Shown here: piece after piece, positions 41,599 to 52,638 of the stretch | How the letters are laid out: each line of letters starts with the position of its first letter | Numbering within the stretch: position 1 is the stretch's first letter | Source: Marsupella aquatica | Lineage: Eukaryota; Plantae; Marchantiophyta | Direction: 5' to 3' | DNA length: 64,000 nt | Assembly: GCA_973895155.1 (NCBI GenBank) | Contig: OZ316896.1 | Location: 12,504,549-12,568,548, forward strand | Translations under genes and position numbers: made by a program | Notes under the pieces: generated by a model | What the model saw: the letters and a program-made list of their open reading frames with translations, nothing else | The model's database searches: none | What the model was told of the DNA's origin: nothing

Positions 41599-41916
41599 TT
41601 ACAAGCCGCCGCAGCATGGGCCATGGCAAGGCCACGTACAGCACCAGCACAAGGCCAGGCAGGCAGCGAATTTGCCTCCTCTTGTCTTTCTCCTCACGAC
41701 TCGACCGTGCTTGTCAATGTATTCATGGCGACCAATTGCCTGCTCTTGATATGGGCCATTTGTGCTCGGTCCATAGCTTTGCTGCACCGGATAAGCTCCT
41801 GGCGCATAATTGCCTTGAGCTTGATATGTAGGCCCACCGAAACCTTTGTTGCCGCCGGCGTATCCATTGGCCTGGTTTGTGTCTACGTACCCAGTCCGCT
41901 GCCCCACAGTCGACAT
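41599..41916 (-). CDS. Small Gly/Gln/Tyr-rich protein with basic patch and Cys-rich C-terminal module (CYSTM-like), 105 aa
   Basis: Single-exon ORF ending RRKTRGGKFAACLALCWCCTWPCHGPCCGGL*. TATA-like tataaa on the minus strand near 42150. Clear paralog at 49802-50128. Confidence 0.82.
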   Translation of the reverse strand: MSTVGQRTGYVDTNQANGYAGGNKGFGGPTYQAQGNYAPGAYPVQQSYGPSTNGPYQEQAIGRHEYIDKHGRVVRRKTRGGKFAACLALCWCCTWPCHGPCCGGL

Positions 41917-42644
41917 GATTGAAATTGCTGTGCGAAACTTCGAAAGACTCTAGTGACAGTAGTTCCACAAGATCGCTCTCGCAACAATCCTATGAACTCA
42001 AGAACGCTGCAACAGAAATTCTCTGGACTCTTCTAAGGAAATAGTGAGCGGCTCACTTCTCTCCTCCCTCTCTCTTCAACTGTGAAATTGCAAATGTTGG
42101 AGTGAACTACCGAACAATCGTTGTACTGCAATGCAAGTCGGAGGTATCCTTTATATGGAGGCGATCCTCACGCGAAGCCAGATGGCTGTGCATACGTGCC
42201 GAGCTGTGCGAGCGACGCCTTTGGCTTCAGCGTAACTTCTTTTTCTTCTTCTGGAACAAAGTGTCCTTCCCTCTTCCGCGTTCTTCTTTCTGCCTTTGCA
42301 TCAACGATACAACCTCCACGTCGCAGCCACAGTTGTCCTGCACAGCTCGAATTCCCAGATGCGTTTTCCACCCAAAGAGTGGGAGCCACGCTACGACAAT
42401 AGCCAGCGTTGGCGCACCGATAGCGCGACTCGTGGTAACGGTTTTGGCACCCAAAGTGTGTGTTTTGGCCTCCCAAGTATGTGTTTTTGGCCCCCAAAGT
42501 GTGTGAAAGAGAGGCAAAGAGTAATTTAAGGTCCAACAAAGTACAAAGGAGGAGAAGCAAAGGGGACAAACTCAAGAAAGTGGGAGATCAGGAAAGGACA
42601 AACAGCATACTCAAAAATGTGGGAAAAGAGCACCCATTTGTTGA

Positions 42645-42895
42645 TCAGGGCCCAACAAAGTACAATGGAGAAAAGCAAAAGAGCTGGAGAGAGGACAAAT
42701 CACAAAAGTGGGAGGAGTACTACCCATTTATTGACGAGGGCCCAACAAAGTACAATGGAGAAAAAGCGAAGAGGTGGAGAGAGGACAAACACCACAGACA
42801 TAAAAGTGGGGAAAAAGGATCCATTTACTGCTCAGGGCCCAAAAATGTACTGTACAATGGAGAAAAAGCAAAAGAGGTGGAGATGAGACAAACAC
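42645..42895. repeat. ~90-bp tandem repeat, 3 copies
   Basis: gggcccaa...gtacaatggagaaaa.gc.aa.gag.tggaga occurs three times. Confidence 0.8.
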
Positions 42896-43379
42896 CTTAC
42901 TCAAAAGGAGAGGACAAAAAGCAAAAGAGTCTTGAAAAGGACAAATTAAACTAAACTCAAAAGATTGGGCAAATGCAAACCCCAACAAGAAATAGACCTA
43001 TTAGTGCAATGGGTGATGATGTAATGGTACACCTCTAGGGTATGCTAGTAGGGGGCAAGCTTTTAGGCTAAATAGTACCCCTAGTAGAGATACATCATGG
43101 ATGGCTTGGGTCAGGCTGTAACCTCATCTAAATGTTCAAGAGCATAAATCATATATTTACAAAAAGGGCTTCACAAATTACAAAGAAGAACAAACAAAAA
43201 AGGACCAAGTGGACAAACTCAACAAAAGGGAACTCCATAAACCTAGAATTAAGTAGGAAAAGAAATAACAGGGTAAAAGCTACTAGAGCTCTAGTGTGAG
43301 GAGCTAACAGTCCATATGTATGCCACACTGGGATGAGCTAATGGTCTACATCAAGGGTAGTAAGTAAGGCTGCAAATGG

Positions 43380-44300
43380 GAGCTGGATTTCTCTGAGGGG
43401 GCAAGTCATTATGGAGGCACACTAGTAGCCATGGCTAGAAATCTACAATAGCTTGAGCATGCACTAGCATCACAAAACTTTGCTAACAAAAGTGTGTGGT
43501 GAATGAAAGGATGGAACAGCCCCCCCCCCCCCCCTTCCCCTCTGCAAATGTTGGAAGTTGTCTGACAAAGGAGCCCATCAAGGTGATAATGAAGTCTCCC
43601 AAAGCTCTCAATAGCAAGGGGGAGGAAGCTATCTGTTGCAAGTTGTCTGACAAAGGAGCCCATCAAGGTGTTAATGAAGTCTCCCAAAGCTCTCAATAGC
43701 AAGGGGGAGGAAGCTATCTGATGACACGTACTCTTGGCATACATTGTCTCTTTGGTTGTTGCTGCCCATGCTCATACTATCCCAATGAGCTCTTAATGCA
43801 AAGAGTTGGCCACCACAACATCAACTAAGGTCTGTATGCCATCTCATATCATGGCAAGATCAACATGTCATCTTTGTCGGGTATAGGGCAGCACCTCCGG
43901 TCGCATGGGTACTGAAGTTCCAAAACAACCTGAGTAATAACATCTCTCACTTCAGATGAACTACTATGGTTTCTTTGCCTGTATTACCCCCAAAATGATG
44001 GACCTTGTGTCATCAAAATGCTTCCACAAGTGCAGGAAGTAAGGATATCTACATGAAGAAGATATGGTAACCCCAAACAGAAACGCATCACGGTCAAAAA
44101 CTCATCTAGAGGTATCTGCATATGAGCAATCATGGCAAAATTGGCCTGAAGCAAACCCCTGCTGCCCTTTACTCCTGAAGAAAGAATCCAAGCTTAGTCC
44201 GTCCACATTTATTCCTGCCCAATCTCTAGTACCGTTGTACTCCAATGTCAATTGGAGTGCATTGTCAAAACAGATATTGGACATCTGGTGAAACCCAACC
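43380..44300 (-). mobile_element. Decayed non-LTR retrotransposon 3' region, RLE-type (CRE-like)
   Basis: Minus-strand fragments SCTCG...GKETIVVH (Zn knuckle-like), HVDLAMI.DGIQTLVDVVVAN and DSFLPLAIESFGRL resemble a restriction-like endonuclease C-terminus. An 85-bp duplication lies at 43555-43720. Confidence 0.6.
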
Positions 44301-44675
44301 ATGCCTCAATGCTTGAGCTGCCTGTCAAAAGATCCCCTAACTCATCATGGTCCACAAATGTATGAGAGATCTTGAAAATAGGGAAGTTATGACAAGCCCA
44401 TCAAACTAATGGCAGTGCACAAAGATGTGAGAGGTCTTGAAAGTTTGGAAGTTGTTCTCTCTTTGTAACTGAGCAGTACAGTACTCCTGCTGTTGGAGCA
44501 GAGTTTTTGATTCAAGCAGAGGACACTTTGTCCAGATTGATTTGGGAGTCTTAAACCTTTAGGTCCACTATAAGATCCCTGGCCCAAAAGTACCAGTTTT
44601 GGTCTGTGGTTGCAAATGGGCAGACAAGGTATTTTGTGTCCACAACTTTAGTTGAGAAAACAACCAAACCTCGTC

Positions 44676-45330
44676 GGCCACTTGCACTTTACTCAATTTC
44701 TCAATAAATTTTTATAATCCCTAGGCCAGGCTGGTCCACTCAGGGGTTCAGTGGCTTCACCCGGGGTAATGCCTCATAACCTTGTACACACATACAAAGG
44801 AGAAAACTTAAATGAGATATTAAGTAAAGTGCAAAGTGAGGAAAAAATTTAAATGAGATAATGAGTAAGTGCAAAGTGGCCAACGGTGATGGATTAGACT
44901 TTTCCTATGTAAAATTGAACTAAATATTATATAAAAATTCACTCAAGAATTCAACTGGGTAACTCATCCCCACTTGGAGATAATAAGCATTAAACTGGGT
45001 AACTCATCCCCACTTGGGGATAACGGCTCTAACCTGAGGCTTCAGCACCTTGGGGGAATGTGTAGAGTAACCCATCCCCAAGAGGGGGTAATGGGATGTA
45101 ATCCCAAAGGCGTTGAGCCCGAGGGGGTTACATCCATTATCCCCAAGTGAGGATGAGTTACCAAGCCTAAAGCCTGAGTGAATTCTTATACAATATTCAG
45201 TTCAGTTTGACATAATAAAAGTTTGATCCATCAATGTCAGTTACTCTATTTCTCATTCAAATTTCATAATCCTAGGCTCACTGGTTCAGTGGCTTCACCA
45301 TTACTGGTACACAGATACAAAGAAAAAAAT
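44676..45330. mobile_element. Cluster of MITE-like inverted-repeat elements
   Basis: Inverted repeat ggccacttgcactttactca / tgagtaagtgcaaagtggcc (44676-44881). Second inverted repeat with ~100-bp arms (44884-45236). Partial repeat of the first element at ~45240-45330. Confidence 0.7.
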
Positions 45331-45449
45331 TCATGAGAGGGTTTAAGCGGCACATTAGCCCCTCTTGGATATTGGTTACCCTACACAATTCATGAGAGGG
45401 TTTAAGCGGCACATTAGCCCCTCTTGGATATTGGTTACCCTACACAATA
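45328..45449. repeat. Perfect 59-bp tandem duplication upstream of NAD synthetase
   Basis: aattcatgagagggtttaagcggcacattagcccctcttggatattggttaccctacac occurs twice. Confidence 0.95.
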
Positions 45450-45990
45450 ATCTGCCGTTGCACGCCGTCAGGTTTCCAACGCCAACTCGGTCTGTGAAAT
45501 CTCCGCAAAATAATGAGCTCGAGATGGAGAAAAATAGTGTAGATCACAATTGCAGAGGACGGAGAGAGCAATGGCTAACAAAGATTGAGTGGAGGTCTCG
45601 AGAGTTGGGGGAGACGACGGGCAAGGATGGAGGAAAGAAGACGGAAGCCGAAGAGGAGCTTCAATTAAACCAGCAATTCGTCGGTCCGGGGCCTCGTCGC
45701 TGCCTCTCGTGCTGCCATCGATACGGGTGGAGAAGGACCTGGGTTCGTCAGCTCTGCCATCCCCTGTGTGCAAGTTCCCTTGGCATTGCACTTCTCTTTC
45801 TTTCTTGCCTGTCTTTTTTCATCTCCCACGGTAGTAATCCATTCTATAGCTTCACAGATTCCAACAAAGTTCTCGAGGGCAGGGAATTAGGTCGTCTCCA
45901 TTGTATGCCGGGTTGTCTGAGTGTCGATGTGGACTTCCCCCTCGCCAATTCTCCGGACCATTTCCTCCGAAAACGACCGCGCACGCAGAG

Positions 45991-48207
45991 ATGAGGCTGG
46001 TGAAGATTGCAACATGTAACCTCAATCAATGGGCCATGGATTTTACTGGGAATTTGGCCCGAATCCGGCAGTCCATTCAACAGGCAAAGGACGCCGGTGC
46101 TGTTTTCAGAGTGGGTCCAGAGCTGGAGATACCTGGCTACGGCTGTGAGGACCATTTTCTGGAGCACGACACTTGCTCTCACTCGTGGGAAGCCTTGGCT
46201 GAAATCCTGTCATCAAACTTGACCGATGGAATTGTTTGCGACATCGGTCTTCCTATCGAACAAGCCGGCGTGCGTTACAACTGCAGAGCGTTCTGTCTCT
46301 ACGGGCGAATTCTGTTGATCCGCCCCAAAATGTTTTTGGCGAACGATGGGAACTACAGAGAACTGCGATGGTTTTCAGCATGGAAGCATCGTTCACAGTT
46401 GGTGGATTTCGTGCTGCCTGACGTTATTTCAACCATTGCGGGTCAGCACAAGGTGAAATTCGGAGATGGTTATCTGATGTTCGATGACACGTCGCTTGGA
46501 ACAGAATCATGTGAAGAACTGTTCACTCCAGATTCGCCACACATAGGTCTTTCGCTTAATGGAGTGGAAATAATCGCAAACGGAAGCGGGAGCCACCATC
46601 AGCTCAGGAAGTTGAACACACGCCTCGAACTGATGCAAACTGCAATGAGGAAAGTTGGAGGGGTTTACATCTATGCTAATCAACAAGGCTGTGATGGTGG
46701 GCGGCTTTATTATGATGGGTGCGCGTCTGTTATTGTCAACGGTGACCTAATTGCACAAGGCTCTCAATTTTCACTTCAGGATGTGGAAGTCATTATAGCC
46801 ACAGTCGACTTAGATACTGTGGTCAGTTATAGAGGAGCTGTAAGCAGTCTTAGGGAACAAGCGAGCCATCAGCCCCACATGCCACATGTGAGGGTGGACT
46901 TTAGGCTTTCGCATTCCAACAACGATCTGAGAGATTTCCCGACTTCGCCAGTCGAGATTCGTTACCATGCTCCACAAGAAGAAATTGCACTGGGACCTGC
47001 TTGCTGGTTGTGGGACTATTTGAGAAGAAGTGGAGCAACTGGGTATCTTCTCCCCCTTTCTGGTGGGGCCGACAGTTCATCTGTTGCTGCCATTGTGGGA
47101 TCGATGTGCCAACTTGTTGTCAAAGCCATTCAGGAGGGCAACCAACAAGTTGTGTCCGATGCATTGCGCATTGGACAGTATAGAGACGACGATGTTCCTA
47201 CATCTTCTCGCGAATTCGCCAGTCGACTGCTCCATACTGTCTACATGGGTTCAGAGAATAGCTCGGAAGGAACCCGGAAACGAGCAGAGAAGCTGGCGAG
47301 TGAAGTTGGTGCGACGCATATGAATCTTAAAATTGACATCGTCGTATCAGCTCTGCTAGATTTGTTTTCCTCCGTCACCCGATTAAGACCACGCTACCAG
47401 GTAGATGGAGGAACTCGTGCGGAGAATTTGGCACTGCAAAATATACAAGCTCGCATCCGCATGGTGGTAGCATTCATGTTTGCGTCGCTGTTGCCCTGGG
47501 TCAGGGGTAAGGCTGGTTTCTTGCTGGTTCTAGGCAGTGCTAATGTGGATGAAGGCTTGCGAGGTTACCTCACGAAGTATGATTGCAGCTCAGCTGATGT
47601 CAATCCAATCGGAGGCATCAGCAAGCAAGATTTACGATCGTTCTTGAAGTGGAGTGCCCAGAATCTTGGGTACACAAGTTTACAAGAAATTGAGGCAGCC
47701 CCTCCTACTGCAGAGTTGGAACCGATAAGGACCAATTACACCCAAATAGACGAAGTAGATATGGGCATGACCTACGACGAGCTCTCAATATACGGCCGTT
47801 TGCGGAAGATATTCAGATGTGGGCCTGTTTCTATGTTTCAACATTTATGCCATAGGTGGCAAGGGAGACTGACTCCAGCAGAGGTAGCAACCAAGGTGAA
47901 GGACTTTTTCCGCTTTTATTCAATGAACCGGCACAAGATGACTACTCTCACACCATCTTATCATGCTGAAAATTATTCTCCTGAAGACAACCGCTTTGAT
48001 CTCCGGCAGTTTTTGTACAATACACGGTGGCCTTGGCAATTCCAAAAGATTGATGATCTGGTGAAACATAGTGAGGAGAGTGCGGTTTCTCCCAGTAAAA
48101 ATCTGTCAAGTTTAGAACCGACAGATGCAGAAATTGCAGGTCAGACGGCAAATTCCTCTGGCTATGGAGTACCTGCTGCATCATCAGCAAACCCTCATGT
48201 GGGATAG
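45991..48207 (+). CDS. QNS1: Glutamine-dependent NAD(+) synthetase, 738 aa, intron-free CDS
   Basis: Starts [18 protein letters not shown]. Nitrilase-type triad context GPELE, IRPK and ESCEEL. PP-loop LSGGADSS, plus [21 protein letters not shown] and [11 protein letters not shown]. Eukaryotic-type sequence in one uninterrupted ORF. Confidence 0.97.
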   Translation: MRLVKIATCNLNQWAMDFTGNLARIRQSIQQAKDAGAVFRVGPELEIPGYGCEDHFLEHDTCSHSWEALAEILSSNLTDGIVCDIGLPIEQAGVRYNCRAFCLYGRILLIRPKMFLANDGNYRELRWFSAWKHRSQLVDFVLPDVISTIAGQHKVKFGDGYLMFDDTSLGTESCEELFTPDSPHIGLSLNGVEIIANGSGSHHQLRKLNTRLELMQTAMRKVGGVYIYANQQGCDGGRLYYDGCASVIVNGDLIAQGSQFSLQDVEVIIATVDLDTVVSYRGAVSSLREQASHQPHMPHVRVDFRLSHSNNDLRDFPTSPVEIRYHAPQEEIALGPACWLWDYLRRSGATGYLLPLSGGADSSSVAAIVGSMCQLVVKAIQEGNQQVVSDALRIGQYRDDDVPTSSREFASRLLHTVYMGSENSSEGTRKRAEKLASEVGATHMNLKIDIVVSALLDLFSSVTRLRPRYQVDGGTRAENLALQNIQARIRMVVAFMFASLLPWVRGKAGFLLVLGSANVDEGLRGYLTKYDCSSADVNPIGGISKQDLRSFLKWSAQNLGYTSLQEIEAAPPTAELEPIRTNYTQIDEVDMGMTYDELSIYGRLRKIFRCGPVSMFQHLCHRWQGRLTPAEVATKVKDFFRFYSMNRHKMTTLTPSYHAENYSPEDNRFDLRQFLYNTRWPWQFQKIDDLVKHSEESAVSPSKNLSSLEPTDAEIAGQTANSSGYGVPAASSANPHVG

Positions 48208-49801
48208 GGACATGGATAGAACAAAAGAAGATTACTAGAAATTACATGCTTACCCTCGAAATTATTCCCCGTGACTGCCGGTTGGAGGCTCCAGGATGGT
48301 CATCAGGGTTGTATCTTCCCGAGACTTTTGGAAGCTCTCCTGGTTTTATGAATCTCCATATTGTTCATTTTGAGGTTCAATTCAATTCCTATGGTTGCTG
48401 GACGCTCCGTCTATCTCCTGGAGGGAAGAACACAATATGGTCTTGATGCAATGCTTCTGGTAACATTGAACGAAGGGTTATGTCAAAGCTAGAGGTCCTC
48501 GGAGGCTGTTTATCTTTAGGGAAACCCCTTTGCAATGAAAATGGAATAAAGTTTTCTCTACCGAGGAGAGATCATCGAAATCGGAGAATGCTAGAAATTG
48601 TTTAATGGATGGTGGCGAATGCGGCGTGTTAATGATGAAGGGTCGGGAATAAAAATAAAGGACGGGTGGGGGAACTCGAAAAACTTGTCCTAAATGCTTG
48701 ATTGTATTGGCGGTGCAATATAAGGATGTGGGCAACTCTTGTTGTAGCTTGACGCTATTGATGTGTATCTGGTGACGGTAGAACTAACAAGAAGATGCTA
48801 TGAAAGAAAATTTCGTTCAGGGAAATTAATTTACAATGTCACTTCGGAAAAAAAAATATCCAAAATCTTCCAAAATTTAGGCATCTGACTGTTCTTTCCG
48901 AAAGGGAATATTCATCTGCGCATGGCTGGTTCAAGGGCCACTCAAGCAATGAAAATTAAGTTATTGGGCAACTGTTCTCACGGCTCAAGGTAACGAATGC
49001 TTCTACCGCAAATCCAAGGATCTCGCGGGCAGATGAAACATCCAAGTACATGCTCAGAGGTTGAGTACTGGACAATATCTTTACGAAACTAACACGGAAT
49101 GAAACGACAAGATTACTAAAATGATTTTCTGTGTAAAAATGTCCCGACTCCCCGCTCGACTCTTGGAGATTTTACCTGAACAAACAATTCTGGACCAGAT
49201 TTTGAATGAAAATCGAATCAATATATTCCAGACTCAACATTGAATGAATACCACGGGAACATATGAAAAGAATATTCCAGACTCAACATTGCGATAGGAG
49301 TGGAATGACGTACTGCTGTAGATATTTATGAAGGATCAGACCTGAGAACAGCTTGTACACCACTACTTTCGGAGCATTGGTTTGTATACATGACCTACTC
49401 ATTTCTGAAGTGATCTGCTTAAACTAATCTGATGCTCAGCATCGAAACTAAGTAATTCACAACAAGGTGGAACACATAAGAAGCCCCCTCTATATAACTA
49501 TATCTTGTAACAATTCAAAATACTCCTGGCTTCATTGAAATCAGCTTCAATACTGCCCCCAAGGACTCGATCTTCCATTTGATCATGAAGTAATTGTGGA
49601 AAAAGCTTCGGCCACATGCTGATTTCTCTTGCCTAGAAAAACTACACAAAGGAGCAGCTGCGAAAGTCATATTTCTTTGAGAAAATACGTCTCCTCGCAA
49701 CGTTAACCGAAGGAATTTATGGACGCACGTTCAGGTCAACAGCTCCATCAAGTCAACAGGAAAAAACTGTCGTGAAGAGGATTGAAGTCGAATTGCAGTA
49801 A

Positions 49802-50128
49802 CTATAAGCCGCCGCAGCATGGGCCATGGCACGGCCATGTAATGCACCAGCAAACGGCCAGACAACAGGCGAATTTGCGCCCTCTGACCTTCCTTCTCAC
49901 CACATGGCCGTGCTGGTCGACATACTCATTGGGACCGACCACATGCGGCTGCCCTTGATACTGGCTCGCTTCATAACTCTGCTGCACGGGGTTACCCTGA
50001 GGTGGATAATCGCCCTGAGCCTGAGGAGGCGGCCCGTCGAAACCTTTCTCGTTGTTGACGTAGTCGCCGGACTGGTCCATGGAGTAGCCAGTTCGCTGCT
50101 GCAATTCAGTCTGATCCGGCGACGCCAT
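49802..50128 (-). CDS. CYSTM-like small protein, 108 aa, paralog of 41599-41916
   Basis: ATG at 50128 (MASPDQ...). Ends RRKVRGRKFACCLAVCWCITWPCHGPCCGGL*. TATA-like tatata near 50652. Confidence 0.82.
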   Translation of the reverse strand: MASPDQTELQQRTGYSMDQSGDYVNNEKGFDGPPPQAQGDYPPQGNPVQQSYEASQYQGQPHVVGPNEYVDQHGHVVRRKVRGRKFACCLAVCWCITWPCHGPCCGGL

Positions 50129-50194
50129 GATGGAACCCAACTCACTTCCCAACGTTGGAGCACAGATGACAACTAATGCAGCGATTAGGTAGCG

Positions 50195-50560
50195 ACAATA
50201 GAGCTCTTCTCTGCGAGTGACCCAATTCGCTTACCAAGTTCCAAATCAAAACCTTTCCGGCAAACCCGTTCCTTCCTTCGCAACTTCGAGCACTCCTACG
50301 AGACCACTACTGTAGCTGCTAGATAGTGGAAATTGAGCTCTTCTCCCTGAATCAATTCACTTCCCTATAGTGAGAATTGAACTCTCCTCTCTGACCCAAA
50401 TCACGTCCCAAGTTCCTAATCGAATCCTTCTGGCAATTCCGTTCCTCTCTTCGCAAAATTCGAGCGCAACTGTGAGACGACAACCGCTCCTAGACAGTGA
50501 GAATGGAGCTCTTCTCTCTGAACCAACTCACTTTCCGAACTCCAAATCAAAGCATTTCAA
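50195..50560. repeat. Imperfect tandem repeats in the probable 5' UTR of the second CYSTM-like gene
   Basis: gagctcttctc...ccaattc.ct..ccaagttcc.aatc and ttcgcaa..ttcgagc blocks recur with a ~175-bp higher-order period. Confidence 0.7.
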
Positions 50561-51393
50561 TCCGTCAATTCCTTTCCCCTCTATCCGGCACAACCGCTGT
50601 CAATGACGGAATGACGAAGGTTAAGCAACGGGATGGGAGAGACGTACGTACATATATAGTGAGAGTCAACAAGGGCAATTCTTCAAGTTTGTCGTTCACT
50701 TGAATTCCCTCTAAAGAAAGCAACTGCAGGCGGTGTTGCGCGTTGTGTTTGTGTGTCTGGAACTGTGCTGATGTTGAGCTGTCGGGATGTCGCGGACAAG
50801 TGTTCTCTCGTAAGTTACGTACGCGCTCTTGTGCTGCTTTCCTTTCCTTGAGTGCTACTTTTTCGATCCATATCCGATTTCCATGTTTAAAGAGTACGAT
50901 GCCACTAAAGATGTGCATCATTACAATATTGACCACCCTTTTTCTTCTCTTGGTTATCCCTTTTATTGTATTTTTATTCTATTGGTTATACTTTGTATTG
51001 CACTTTTGATAGTGAGTGTCGTGGTTTTCATCATGGTTATTTGAGCTCTTCTGTGGTTACTTTGATTGAGTTAACTTGACTTCCATGTGTAGTGTGCTGA
51101 TTGTGTGGAACTTCAGTCCGGATGTTTCCACTGCCCTTGTTGAGATTTTGGTAAGCAATCTGGGGATGGACAGACTGTTTCCCATAGCTGTAGTTAACAT
51201 TTTTGCATAATGCAATCTGGGGATGGACAGTGCCATGGAAGAGACCATGTGCTGATGCCGATGGAAGAGACCATGTGCTGATGCAGATGGAAGAGATCAC
51301 GGCAGAAAAGTCCTTTTTGGTCAAATGTAACCGGCCAGGGCTATGGTTTGAGACAAGTCACAAGACCCGTCCCTTGGGTTAACTATACATGAA

Positions 51394-52638
51394 CTCGAGG
51401 GTTTCACTTCCACAAAAATGACACATTACATGTAACAAAGGATAAGGTCATTTTTATTTTTATTGCGGACAGACCCCCATTAGGGGTCCTTTCCAACATT
51501 CCTGGCTCCACAGCGTGCCACATCATCATGGCACGTTGCAAACACGAAGAGACTTGTTTTTGGATAATATTAAGTTCTGCATTCGTGTTTGTTGCAACTT
51601 CTTTGTAAAAACTGGGACGCCATGTTGTAAAAGAGAATGTAAAAAAACTGACATGCAAATATAAAAAGATTGAGGCAAAACTGTTCCCTTGAACCGTTTA
51701 TTTACATTTTGATTGTTTTCAAAACATACAACAAATCATTCTCTAAAGTAAAAATTTCAAAAATGGACAAATATCCTTGTTAATTAACTAGTCCGTTATG
51801 TCTTGGTAGAGAAGTGCAATCAAAGTAACATAAACTGTCTCTGTGTGTCGTCTCTTGGTGTCTTAGGAGATTTCTCTGGAATGCTCATCGAATATCAAAA
51901 GTCATTTGGTAGAGCAATGTGTAGGTAGTGTCGAGCCTCGAGCATCGTTTTGTTGTTGTTTGAGGTGTAGAGGAGTGGCCAGAAGAAGGCAAAAGGTAGA
52001 AGTGGAGGAATAGGCCTTTCATAGACATAACATTGTGGTGGCAAATTTGTCTATTCCGGTCTCGGAAACGGCACATTCTAAAGGAGCAGAATTGAGGCGG
52101 TTGAGGCCAGATCTACTTCTACGTCGAGGGACAGGATTCTGGCTGTGAATACGGGAGCTGCGGAATTTGTGGATCCGTGAGGAGGAGGGGGGGAATTCTG
52201 GTTTTGCAGAGATTGGAGAGTTGAGGTGATTCCCTCCCTCGCTCTGCTTTATATCCCGTCTTGTATTGACGCTTTTTTCGATAGGATAAAATAGGATGGG
52301 ATGCCTCGACTCTGCAGCCACATATGCATTGTTGTTAATTAGATTTGTATACTTAACGTGACAGAAATTAATGTGGCAGAAGTATGAATGAACTACTAAC
52401 TCTAACAAAAATTGGTTCTAAAGGAAGACTTGAGAATTTTTCAGAAGAACAAGAGGGTATCTTAAATCTAATTTTGAAACTTATAAGAACATTAGCGTCT
52501 TTAATTTTAAATCATTTTTAAGAATATTCCAACTTTACAGCGGTTAAAAAGTTGAAAAAATTCCTTATATTTTAGGGGGTCCTAGGCCTAAAAATGTTGC
52601 AGGTGATGGGAAGGCCTCCATATAGTGAGACCCCCGAG
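51394..52638. mobile_element. Second copy of the CTCG-TIR MITE, expanded by ~950 bp of internal sequence
   Basis: TIRs CTCGAGGGTTTCACT / AGTGAGACCCCCGAG. 8-bp TSD TACATGAA at 51386-51393 and 52639-52646. Both ends align with 21009-21291. Confidence 0.9.

Noticed and set aside
42460-42954. 164-aa Lys-rich ORF
   Set aside because: Produced by the purine-rich ~90-bp tandem repeat.
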